Source: Eukaryota sp. TZLM1-RC
Taxonomy: Eukaryota > Protista > Metamonada: BaSk clade
Assembly: GCA_040285825.1 (NCBI GenBank)
Contig: JAUPSS010000004.1
Coordinates: 5,175,784-5,239,783, forward strand
Direction of reading: 5' to 3'
Length of the DNA stretch: 64,000 bases
Numbering within the stretch: the first letter of the stretch is position 1; the number at the start of each line of letters is the position of its first letter. Below are positions 36,401 to 46,479 of the stretch, piece after piece. The notes below the pieces were generated by a model that worked only from the letters and a program-made list of their open reading frames with translations, was not told where the DNA came from and ran no database searches. Position numbers and translations under genes: made by a program.

Positions 36401-37651
36401 GTGAAATACAGATAGAACAATAAGATTTGAAAGAACAAAAATTGTCGACAATAGCTCAAAATAGAAGGTCAAAACTATTTTTGAACAACATCTCTTAATT
36501 AAACCAACTTTTTGGTCATTTTTACCTTTATTATTTGCAACTTCCTGAACATCAGTCTGAACTTCCTCATCTATATTATACAGCCTTCTAGTTTGCTCAG
36601 TAACTAAAACCAAGTTATATTCACCAGAAAATTCATCCTTTATCAAGCTAAACTCCTTATTATTATCAACTTCACTGTATTTAGTGGCTATGATCGCCGT
36701 AAATAAGTTTAGTAAACAAAACGCACCGCCTATTGCAACAAAGAAAATGAACCAATAACCAAGATGACCCATTGATTCAAAAGCAAAAGAAGCTTGGTGA
36801 CTCCATCCTTCTAGAGTGAGTGACCAGAAAACATTTAAAATTGAATAAAAGATGTTGTCAAAGGACAGATAGTTATTACGGGGATTAGGGAAACCTGACC
36901 GGCATTCATAATCAATCACGTCACATGATTGGCCAAAATTAGAAACTGAACATATATTAAACTGCTTCTCCCAACCATCAATCAAAATGATGTCTTGATT
37001 TGATTGATTTATCGGCACACATCTATATTGAAAAACACCCCGAAACATATGAACACCGAAAACAGCACCAACAAATACGAAAAAAGATAAAAAGATTAAA
37101 ACTGGCCAAATAGCTGGGACTGTTCTTGCTAAGGATCTGGAAACCCTTTTCAAAGCAGGTACAGAATTGAGGGACCGAAGGGGACGAAAGACACGTAAGA
37201 GACGGAAGATCGTGGGTCGTGAGGAGAGAAGAGGAGAGAAGGATATGATGGAGAGCAGAACAATGACAAAATCCATGCATGAGAAGGGGTCACGGAGTAG
37301 GGAGTTTGGAGAAGTGAAGAGGCCAACAGCGATGGAACGTATAAGGATCTCAATGGTGAAGAAGGTTGTGAAGACAAGATCGACGTAGAAGAGGACAGGT
37401 TCATGGGCTGAAGCTTGTTGGTGAGAGAGGAAGAATAGTGGGGCTACTGATAGCAGTACGATGAAAAGAACGAACCAATCGAAGAAAGGGTTGAACACTA
37501 ACTTTAAACAGGAAGTTCGAAGATTGGAATTGAGGTGGAAGAGACCGAGTGACCGTTCAGGAAGAACAAAACGGACAGATTCTAAAGATGTAGTGAATGA
37601 TGTTTTCTCATTGTTGGGTTGAACTGCGGCAGGTTGTAGTGGTTGGCTCAT
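33485..37651 (-). CDS. Four-domain voltage-gated Ca2+ channel alpha subunit (EEEE filter)
   Basis: Four 6-TM repeats with R-x-x S4 segments; pore loops TLEGW, TGEAW, TQEYL and SGEEW; EF-hand-like DPDGLGFI. First ATG at 37651. Confidence 0.95.
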   Translation of the reverse strand: MSQPLQPAAVQPNNEKTSFTTSLESVRFVLPERSLGLFHLNSNLRTSCLKLVFNPFFDWFVLFIVLLSVAPLFFLSHQQASAHEPVLFYVDLVFTTFFTIEILIRSIAVGLFTSPNSLLRDPFSCMDFVIVLLSIISFSPLLSSRPTIFRLLRVFRPLRSLNSVPALKRVSRSLARTVPAIWPVLIFLSFFVFVGAVFGVHMFRGVFQYRCVPINQSNQDIILIDGWEKQFNICSVSNFGQSCDVIDYECRSGFPNPRNNYLSFDNIFYSILNVFWSLTLEGWSHQASFAFESMGHLGYWFIFFVAIGGAFCLLNLFTAIIATKYSEVDNNKEFSLIKDEFSGEYNLVLVTEQTRRLYNIDEEVQTDVQEVANNKGKNDQKVGLIKRCCSKIVLTFYFELLSTIFVLSNLIVLSVFHYNMSEQLENNLAVVNKIITILFVIEVLLRIGCTGGLIKHFKNSFFDAFDIIVVSFALLELILHLPQFKGFSVLRVFRLIRVLRIVSLSRSWKSFHRLLSTIAASMKQLAPFITILIILLFIFSAIGVEIFDSAKISELNDPNSFYFFNFFKSLENTWLTATGEAWDRLSAETLDFAKDRLIGGLFFITIIIVFSFLLTNLLIGIIIVNFVDARKADQVQDQSIQVDCDRIDSKGNVIDLENSRKSIKVKPSPDEKAQYSLKFFHIDHPVRRFCLKLSNSSVFNFIIYLFVFISCIILALEQPDVDPSHWSRAYSQIILNIIALIFLIEFFVNSIALSLFGVNGIFKSPFLAFDSIIIIITSLEVVIPIDSSLYLVRSLRALRPLRLLSLSKSGKLVSQSLVLAFPSILNATLLFVIFLVVFGIVGVFIFGGLPFMQGNYEFGLLIGFDNLYQAVYSLFSLSTQEYLPLAFRHYVNDLGSLLYFVCFIILGFWVVANVFISLLTEEFSDTAAKLRDLSGDTDEVRRARLVLNSVTNSICTPIRPSSNSSLIKKFCFNLCNFKFFEPIITLLIVFNSLLLASYHADMGLEFTNFITLLGDILTIIFAIEITIKMIGLGRMFWVDNWNLFDLFVVLITLVTLLSDSSLGSFVILFRTLRILRIVRLSKKLVSIRKIIRTTRVALPALFGVFTVSFVFYFVFAVFGMNFFGSIPTNIVKHGLFEPITHFRTFFSTMFTLIRATSGEEWQGVMLNSAYCPADNPNCHGTFLSIMFFIPLIYIGKFILINLVSAAVVDAYVSASKDIHATVAPSDVSDFMCIWSDLDPDGLGFIEISKLEKLFCALKPPLSPSRNIEVVNTVLRSLDVPLYNRLGDEKTMYICIYDLLPSVIIRLLGPSTINIPKDIEKTIKFSQKKRYKAMKRFNFNQNELTLREMFSARFILGKYQSLAEKKKEEAEYANFSLSELLYVEDLLSV

Positions 37652-37999
37652 GTCAGAGGACGCTTCCACGTGATAGTTTTTGACTGAGTGTCGTCTTGAA
37701 GGTTTGGAAATTCTTTGACCAGTATATGCATTGTCTGTAATTCAATTGTGATTACTGATTTTCGACAATTTAATGTTTTGCTTATTATATAATTTACTGA
37801 TGCCATGTATTAACGACATGGATCACGTGTATCTTCTGGATCAAGTACATGGTTACTTCTTCCACCAACATCACAAACAAAGAAATTCCCACGATAAGCA
37901 GTGGAATAAAGAACCATCTTGTTACAGCTAAAAGATTCTATCAACATTTTTCAAGGAATATTGTTACAGTGACAGTGGAGTAATGACTTCATCCATCTA

Positions 38000-38451
38000 A
38001 CGATTCTTCATTACCAGCAATGATCAATTATGAATGTGCTGAAACTACTTGTAATGAAATAAGCAAAAAGTCTTGGAATGCAATTTCGAAATTGGTTGGC
38101 TCGTGTCGAATGTTTGTGGAATAGAGATCGAAATGCAAATTTCAAAGACTGGCTGGACATCCTGAAAAACTCTACCTTGCTGTGGGTTCTGCTAATTTCC
38201 CTTCTCATTGCCGAAAAAAGAATCGATATGGATCAGCAAGGGCTTTCAGAAAATCTTTGTGTTATCAAAAGAACGTGAAGCACTTGTCAACCAGTGAATT
38301 TAATACAATCAAACTTTCAAGTTGTTGCATGGCCGAGAATACTCAAGCAGGCACATGGCAGATGCGTATTTGTACTGAGTGTCAAATAGTATATAACAGA
38401 GATATTTCCGCTGCAAAAAATATTCAAATTAAGAAGAAAGCGGAATTGTGA
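38000..38451 (+). pseudogene. Fanzor/TnpB C-terminal remnant (distinct family)
   Basis: LAVGSANF...SEFNTIKLSSCC...RICTECQIVYNRDISAAKNI. Confidence 0.85.
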
Positions 38452-38763
38452 CTGGAAAGATACATTTTCCAGATGCTCGGTTGCGAAGATGAAAGGGGAA
38501 CCTGAGCATACAGAAACAAAAACTTTTGAAAAACTGACATTTTATTTTGAGTTTTTTAATTTATTTTTGATTTTTTGAAAAACTTTTGAGACCGATCTAC
38601 AAATACCTTAGTAGCATTTGGTAGATCCACTTAAATACATCAAGTCACGAGACTTTGTTCTGTGAAAGCAGTAGGTGTATTTGAGTGAGGTAGCCCATTG
38701 ATGAAGATCATGATTGTCTTTGTCAAATGACGCTACATGTCTCCTACAGCCTGTGAGTAGACA

Positions 38764-39231
38764 TTGAGAAAGTTGAAGACAGGGGTGAATTTCACAGGGG
38801 AATGCAAGATAAGTGAAATTCACAGTAGTCATGGTAGATTTAACTCCATTATCAACAAAGGGAAAAAATTTGCAAACGGTCGAGAAGTAAAGGTGTGGTT
38901 TGGCAATGGAGGTGGTGGTACATCACGTCAAAAAGTGAAAACACCACGTAAGGCGTTTCTCAAGTTGTTACAATGTTCATTTGCTAATGTGAAGATCGGA
39001 GATGAATATATGACATCTGCAAAGGTGAACTGCTGCAAGATGCTATACCAAAAGATCTATCGAGAAGTTGATGGTGAAGTTAAAGTTCACAACGCCTATT
39101 TCAGTTGTCCGGAACGTAATCAAGTTTGGTCTAGAGACATTTCTGCATCACTAAATCATCTAGAAATTGCAATTAGTGAGCACTACTATGGAACAAGACC
39201 AGAAGCGTTCCAGAGACCACAAAGAAACTAG
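38764..39231 (+). pseudogene. Fanzor C-terminal remnant
   Basis: VWFGNG...TP.K...DEYMTS...CC...FSCP...WSRDISASLN...RPEAFQR. Confidence 0.88.
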
Positions 39232-39399
39232 CTTCAAAGCTACGTATTGTTCTGGAGGAGAAATGGGCTCACTGAGATTGGTGGCCAATTATTCGAGGAT
39301 TCTAGAACGTCTGTGAACGATCTCACCCAGGATGAAAGTTCTTAGAATAAGTTTGAATGATGCTTGACGAAAGTATGCATTTCAAATGAAAACCACACA

Positions 39400-39697
39400 T
39401 AATAGATTATTTTTGGATTCAAACCATTTGTAAACTGAACCGGTTTGGTAAATGCATTTGGATTTGGACTCACATGTGAAATGTTTCAAGAACTGCCAAA
39501 GTGAACTGTTGCAAAGTTTTCCATAAAGACCTTTACTTCATAGAGAATCGAGAAAAAAGTCTGAAGCCTTTTTTACATGTCCAGAATGTGGAATGGCTTG
39601 GTCAAGAGATATGTCTACATCGAGAAACCAGTGGAAGATTGCAATAAGCGAGTACTGTTTGAACACAAGACCCCTAGCTTTCAGAAGACCTCAATAA
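39400..39697 (+). pseudogene. Second, more decayed copy of the same Fanzor C-terminus, in tandem
   Basis: FFTCPECGMAWSRDMSTSRN..IAISEY...TRPLAFRRPQ* parallels 39100-39231. Confidence 0.8.
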
Positions 39698-40479
39698 GAG
39701 TCTTCAAATCTAAGGTATTTTGATCTAAGCCGATCATCTCCGGATGGTTAAGTTTAGACATGTGAATGTGGTTGAAGTATTGGAACTTGACATTTCAGAA
39801 AAAGTACTAATTAAGAAGGTATTTCCAGTGAATACCAGACATCTCACATCATTACATTAGATTACATTGCTGGAAAATGAAACATCGCAAGAATGACACT
39901 TGTTTAGGTACCGTCGAAACAGATAGGGAGAGAGAGAAAGGGAGAACTGTTGAGATAGATGAATGTGAAGAGTACAAGAGGTAAAGGAAGGAGAAGGAAA
40001 CTGGAAAAAACATACAGCTTAGTCGGATTAACAACGATCAGAACAGCTGGAGGGTTAATCGAGCTGATGTTGATGACCACTAATAGAGATACAGTGGATA
40101 GGCATTTGATGCCATTGTGGAAATTAGCAATCAATTTGAAATTGCAATCAGCATGTCAGACATCGTGTCAGACAGCGAGATTATCTTCACTCTTCCCATT
40201 CTTCTAACATCATGCAGCAAAAGGAGAAAAACGATAACGAGGTTAAGGACTCAGTTCCCACCTCCACCTTCAACCTTTTCTTCAAAGAACAGTAGAGTTC
40301 TTCTTCCTGAACTCCTCAGTCGGGAACAGTAATCCTGCCTTATAGGAATAAACGGAAGGTCAGAGCCTCGATCCTCGATCGTTCTGATCCTTCCGTAGGG
40401 GTATAGTATTGCACTTTTTTCAATCATCATGTGAGTCATGATATGGGTGCTGCTGAATCAGACATGGTGCAAATCACCT

Positions 40480-40810
40480 TGGATATGGAATGTTCTTCTT
40501 TGTGTTTTGTTTTGAATTGTTATTTTGATGTTATTGAGTTTGTTGTTTTTTGTAATTTAGCTTTTTGTACTGTAGATATGGGAGGTTGTTCTTGTTTGTG
40601 TTTTGTTTTGAATTGTTGTCTTGATGTTTTTGGGTTTGTTGTTTTTCGTGGTTTACGTACTTGTACTGTAGATGTGGGATGTTTTTTTGTTTTACATTGC
40701 TATTTTGATGTATATGAATTGGTTCATTTTTGTGGTTTAGATTCTTGCACTTTAGATACGGGATGCTGTGTCTTGAATTTTTATTTTGATAATGTTGAGT
40801 TTTATTTTGT
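40480..40810 (+). repeat. About 4 degenerate 80-100-bp TG-rich repeats, open as Cys-rich ~30-aa repeats
   Basis: Recurring D(M/V/T)G.C...VL(N/H)CYFDV..FV.F..L..CT(V/L) in ORF 40431-40814. Confidence 0.8.
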
Positions 40811-40883
40811 TTAGTATTTATCTTTTCTATCCAGTAGCTGCCAACATCTTCTATCAACAAACCCATTTACTGTTGATTTAACA

Positions 40884-43756
40884 ATGGATGAAGATTTTGA
40901 AGCAAATCCTGGTCCCAGAAAGAGAAGATCTAATTTTAAATCATCTCCTCCATCAAAAATTATTAGAAATGCGATTTTTGACCAACAAACATCAAAGCGT
41001 AAGCTGAAAACAACAACAAAAAGCACTGAACCGAAAAATTCGTATTGAGAATACAATGTTGAATATCGAGAACAGGAAGATTTTGACAAAAAAACCATTG
41101 ACAACGAGTATGGTCAAAAAATTGAGCCAAGTCGTAGTGGCTTCAAGCCTGATTCATTGATTCAATTCAAATCAATGACCCCAAATCAAAATCTTCCCAC
41201 TGTTATGTGCTTTGATCTTGAAACCTATCAGGATGCTCCTCTTTATCAAAATCATGATGGCCAATTTCTCCCTCCTGACGAGATTATCAACAAAAAGAGA
41301 AAAGAGGGTGCAAATCTTTTGAAAAAGAAAACTGATGAGCAAATGGGTGAGTGGATTTCAGATGAAAAAATGTTTTTAATTTCGATTGTTGTTGGTAAGT
41401 TTGACCACCATACTTTCCTTTTGGAGAGTAAATATTCACTTATGTTGAGAATGAGTCCTCAAATCAGATTACCAGACATTGATATGGATGTTCAGGCAGA
41501 AATTTTGTCTGACGAAAAAACTTTGCTTCGTAGGTTCCTAAACATTATTGCTAATCATCAACCCCATCGTTTTCTTAATCACAATTTAATGCAGTTTGAT
41601 TTACAGGTTTTAAAAAATAGATTATATTATTTTGATTTACCTTTTCCCACTGTTCGAGATGATGCAGCAATTGATGTACTCAATCAACTTTCACCTAGAT
41701 GGAGAGAAGTTGTCATCAGGGAAAATGACTTCTTTCTTCTAGATACTTTGGTTTTTGCCACACAAAATTTATTAAAATACCCTACGGACATGGATTAGGC
41801 AATCTGGCATATAAAATGATAAATGAATAGAAAATCAAACTTCTTAAGGAATTTTCTCATATTTTACCAATTGATTGTTTAGCTTCTTCTCCACTGAGGC
41901 AAAATTCAATTCAATATGGGCTTCATGATTGTATCCTTTGTCTGAAACTTTTCGTGCTATTTCAGAAAGACAAAATTATTTTATCATCTTATAAAACCAT
42001 TCGAGCAACCGTCAACTCAATGGTTAAACATTCAAATGTGATATTCAAATTGAGAGAAACTGCTGTAAAATTTCAAAAATTACGTATTCACACCACATGT
42101 TGCTCAAAGCAGTATTTACAGTCTTCTTTGAACGTAATTTTATACCACCACGAATATCTGCCCAATTATATGAATCATTAATGGCCAGAATTCGTTATAT
42201 TTCAGCTGAGTATTATGGGGAAGAAATGGTGAAACCAAAAAGTGCATTTCCACAGGATTTTGAAAACTTTGTTTATGGTGAAGGAGATTATAGATTATGG
42301 ACCACCTTTGAACAACAAAAGTTGAACAAAACATTGAGTTATGTAGACCATTTGAGATATAGGCCTGAGTTTTTTCCACAATTTCCAACTGATGGATTCA
42401 GTAGACCACCTTAGTATATGGCCCCAGTAATGTTTACCAATTTTGAGAACAATTTGAAACTAAATTATGAAAATCATATTAATCGATTTATCAATGTCCT
42501 TTTTGACAATCCTTGTGTAGAAAATGTGTTAGCAGAAATGCACGAGCTGGGTGGATACTCAACGCCATTATCTACTATAATTTCACTTTATAGATTTAGG
42601 CTTCGTCAATTCAACAACTTGTTTTTAGTTGATGATAGAGATTGCTTGAGTTCTTTGTTTCATCATCCAGAAAATATTTCAGACCTTCTGAATGATGAAT
42701 ATTTCGCTTTATGTGAACAACATGATATAATAAATAATGAACTTAGAGACATATTTGAAGGTCTTATTGAGCCATTTACTTGCCAAATTGAGAATTTGGT
42801 CACTGACGAGAATTTAGTTGACAAAATATTTCCAGTGGTTATACATTTTCTTGCAGACGATGTGCAAACAGATCCTCAAATATTCCTAAAACCAGCAATT
42901 ACAATTGCCCAATATATCTCCAGTAGTGATGCCGTAGGTTGGAAAAGCGGGCTAAAATAAAGCTAATGAGGAGAAGGTGATTTATTTTCTAATCATAACA
43001 TGTAAGCCTTAGGGCGCCAACAGTGGAGAGAAAAAACCTTATCATATTTCTCCTGTTTCAACCACTGTAGGTCCTGGATATTTTCCTATTGATACAAGAA
43101 CACTATGGAGAATTGTTAAACAAACATTGATGGATTATTAAGATACCAACACCGAATTATCCGCCTTTGCTGCCAGTTCAACAACTTTTATAGATTTTTT
43201 CAACTTTGTGGTTGCCAAACTTCGGCAGGTCTTTCTGACAATTGACTTTTACAGTCTTGACTTGTGGAGCATTCATAAACTGCAAGCTTTTATTCACAAA
43301 CAAAAGACAGAAAGTTGGTTGTTAAATAGCCTTGTTCAGCAGTTTGGCAATCCAAAAGACACTTTAATACTAATGGGTGATTATGGTAAAAAAGGTTCCA
43401 AGAATTTAAAACATCAGAGAGCTACTCGAGGCATTGGATGGATTCAATTTCTGAAAAGAAATGGATTTGAAGTGTCGATGATTAATGAAGCTTTCACTTC
43501 AGCAAAATGTCCTGTTTGTTTTGAAAAGGTTGCTACGTTTTTGAGAGTAACAAATCCCAGATTCTATAGAAGAGAAAAGACTCCTGTTCCTACATGTCAT
43601 AGTTTATCAGCTTTTAATAGTGAGAGTTGCAAACTCAGTAACAAAGGCTCAACAAAGCTTTTCAATAGAAATAAGCTGGCTTGTCTGAATATGTTTGCAA
43701 TTGCTGAAGCCAGACTGAGTGGTAATGAAAGGCCTCCGTATCTGTGTAGTAGATAG
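40884..43756 (+). pseudogene. Decayed 3'-5' exonuclease (PolB/DEDDy)-Fanzor fusion gene preceded by a 2A-like motif
   Basis: DFEANPGP-RKRR (40893); ExoI CFDLETY, ExoII NHNLMQFDL, LLDT, ExoIII YGLHD (41915); then YKTIRATV...LRIHTT, TNFENNL..RFIN, YFPIDTRTL, ILMGDY, INEAFTSAKCPVC, FNRNK.ACLN, RP. Carries stops, frameshifts, a mini-element insertion and an internal deletion. Confidence 0.85.
42927..43022 (-). mobile_element. 96-bp mini-element inserted in the Fanzor gene
   Basis: Inverted copy of 50879-50968 (gatttattttctaatcata...aagccttagggcgccaaca); flanks gtag/gtgg are an imperfect 4-bp TSD. Confidence 0.8.
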
Positions 43757-43893
43757 TTTTTGTAATTATTCCGCAGCAAAATTGATCTTGTACCTATGGG
43801 AAATTTCCCACAGAAGTAAATATAAATAATAGATTTGTTTATTCAGTTTGTCTTCTTTCCAAAAACCCTTGCTCAACTCTTTACATTATCACT

Positions 43894-45345
43894 ATGGATA
43901 CTACTTTAGAAGAGGAGAATCCTTTCCGCATGCCTCCTCCGCATGAACTCTTTTCTCTCCGGGATCGCGAAAGAGAAGAACGCAAGGCTATCAAGGAAGC
44001 TTCTCAGGATAAACCTATTTGGCTCCGTCATACCAACAAATCTCTCCTCTCCCAGAAAGTCTCCTCATTATTTTCCACATCTGAATCCGAACATCCTGAG
44101 TCTCCCATTGAGGATGACATATCCCGTGTGCGCAGAGAAGCAGCTGAGGCTGTCATGACTGCTGCCAAAGGGGAGAAGGAGTCCATATCAGAGTTTTTGG
44201 ACAAGAAACGCGAAATGTTTCTTGCTAATCTAAGTCTCCAATGCAAACAAATGGAAACTTCCAAGTTAGAAAACCAACTCAAACAGCGTGAAACCAAGCT
44301 CGTCTCTCAAAATGAAAAACTAAAACAACAATCAGCTGAACTTGAAGTATTAATCCAGGAAAGTGATCGGAAAGCTGTTCAGGCTATCAAAGAGGCTAGT
44401 GATCAGAGCAGGACTAAGAGTGGGAAGATACATGAGTTGAAAAGGTTACAAAACATGGTTAATCAATTTAGATCTGAGAAGTTAATTCTTGAGGAAAAAT
44501 TGGCAGATTACTCAGCTTATAAACAGTTTTTGTTAGGGTTGACTCCAAATGATTATATAGAAACAAAGAAAAAAGAATTGGGAACTGAAAATGTGGATGA
44601 ATTGCCTCTTTATTTTACTTCACCTCACCAGTTATTAAGTATTTTTTCTGAATTAGAAGATCGAAATCTTTTTCTAATCCAGAATTGTCAGGAAAAAGAA
44701 GAGGAATTGGACGCTTTAAAAACAAAATGTAGTCAACATGAGTCAAACTTCCTAGCTCAAAAAGACCAAATGGACGCTCAAATAGAAGAATTGCAAAGAC
44801 TTGTTGACATTGAAGAAGAAAAATGTACCAGCTTGGAAGCAAAGTTGAGCATTAACACTGATGAAGGACTTTCGGTAGATGGGCAATTTCTACAATCAGT
44901 TCAGCAAAAAGTGGTCGATATTCATTCCTTGGTTATTGGTCATGATGGGCCAAAAAAGGGGTCCAAAAATGCCGAAACTCAAAGAAATGTGGGGACTTTG
45001 CGGTTGCTTACTGATTTGGAATCATTGGTGGATCAGTTGCTCACTTCAATGGCGGAAATTCCACATAATGTGCTGAAAAAGGCGCAAAAGCAACAAGAAA
45101 AAGAAAGGAGAGAACGTCAACGTCAAGAGTTATTGGAAAAGGCAAAAGTGGAAAAAGAAAAAAGAATTCAGGATGTTTTAAAAAGAGCCACAGCCCCGCC
45201 AAAGAAGAAAACCGGGAAACCTGTAATGTTTAGGTCGTATATTAAGAAAAAGGAAGAAAAGAAAGGAAAAGATGAGAAGGATGACGTCAGCACTCAGAAT
45301 ATTGACCTTATGGATGACCCTACCTATTCTGATTTTTGGTCGTAA
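43894..45345 (+). CDS. CFAP100: Cilia- and flagella-associated protein 100 (CCDC37/38, DUF4200)
   Basis: ENPF..P..ELF, KKREMFL, LYFT.P.QLL.IF.ELE..NLFLIQN.QE.EE and GKPVMFRS. Confidence 0.88.
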   Translation: MDTTLEEENPFRMPPPHELFSLRDREREERKAIKEASQDKPIWLRHTNKSLLSQKVSSLFSTSESEHPESPIEDDISRVRREAAEAVMTAAKGEKESISEFLDKKREMFLANLSLQCKQMETSKLENQLKQRETKLVSQNEKLKQQSAELEVLIQESDRKAVQAIKEASDQSRTKSGKIHELKRLQNMVNQFRSEKLILEEKLADYSAYKQFLLGLTPNDYIETKKKELGTENVDELPLYFTSPHQLLSIFSELEDRNLFLIQNCQEKEEELDALKTKCSQHESNFLAQKDQMDAQIEELQRLVDIEEEKCTSLEAKLSINTDEGLSVDGQFLQSVQQKVVDIHSLVIGHDGPKKGSKNAETQRNVGTLRLLTDLESLVDQLLTSMAEIPHNVLKKAQKQQEKERRERQRQELLEKAKVEKEKRIQDVLKRATAPPKKKTGKPVMFRSYIKKKEEKKGKDEKDDVSTQNIDLMDDPTYSDFWS

Positions 45346-46479
45346 TTTGATTTTGCTTGGATTTTGTATAATTTTTGTATAATTGTATTTTATTGAGTTA
45401 AATAAATTTTCTCCTTCTCATTAAATAAAAGTGGTTTTATTGTAATCTAATCTATTATTTTCATAATGAACAAGTGCTGTTTGAGTTACAGTCATAAGAT
45501 GAGGTGAATTTGACAGAATAGAAAAATGAACTAGGGTAAAATGATATCAACCAAGAATACCAGAATCAAATTCAAAAGGAACCTGAATAGCCCAAACAAA
45601 AACTTAATTTTGTTAGCAACAATCAAGAATTAGTTTTTTTTTATTTTTTTATTTAGCACTAATGAATTGTCATCACAGTAGACGTGATTTGTTGTAGTTA
45701 TCATTTTCCTTCTGTTCTCATCTCTTTTCACTGTGATCTGTCAATTGAAAGGCTAAGAAAAGCTCCACTGAGGACGAAACACTTAACACTCGTTCAAATA
45801 ATATTTTAGAAATTAACTATATTAGCTAATCCATTTCCATGAAATCTTTGATGCTGTCGAGCATCATTTAACCCAACATCTGCACAGTTTTTCCTAATTT
45901 TTCCTAATTTTTGTGACCATCTGACCAAAAATATTTGTAAATTCTTGTGACATGCTCGAAAATCGAAAACGTTAGTCAATACCAAACCAAGTCAAACACT
46001 AGCTTAAGTTCTCCTTTTGCTGTTGAGCACCTTCAATGTGTTGCAAAAAGAAATAATTGTATAATTGTTCTGTAATGGAGAGAAGTGTTCATTTTATCAA
46101 GTCATAAATAGCAAACATGTAATAAAACTCGATGTGTCATTGATTTGATCTACATATAGGCTTTCTTCAAACATTACTTTGCTTAATGTTTATTCGGTTG
46201 ATAAACCATCAGTAATTCCCTGATAGAAGAATAAATGGTAACATCTCATAACGAAAACAATGTTGAAAATCAAGAAACAAGTTTTTTCTATTGATCAAAA
46301 CTAGAACATTTTCAAATCTATCATTCTGCGCTGACACTATCTTCAACACTACAGAAGACAATGACAGGGGAAATTGTTGTTAAAAATTGATGGTTGTCCG
46401 GATTTGCTATACTTGCGTGTCAATGTTGCTCAGAAAGATAAATTTGGAATAAAGTTTATTCAAAAAATTCTTGAATCAT

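Noticed and set aside
41157-41960. Stand-alone DNA polymerase B (Polinton or viral) gene
   Set aside because: No polymerase motifs (SLYP, K..N..YG, DTD) follow ExoIII; the frame passes directly into Fanzor sequence.
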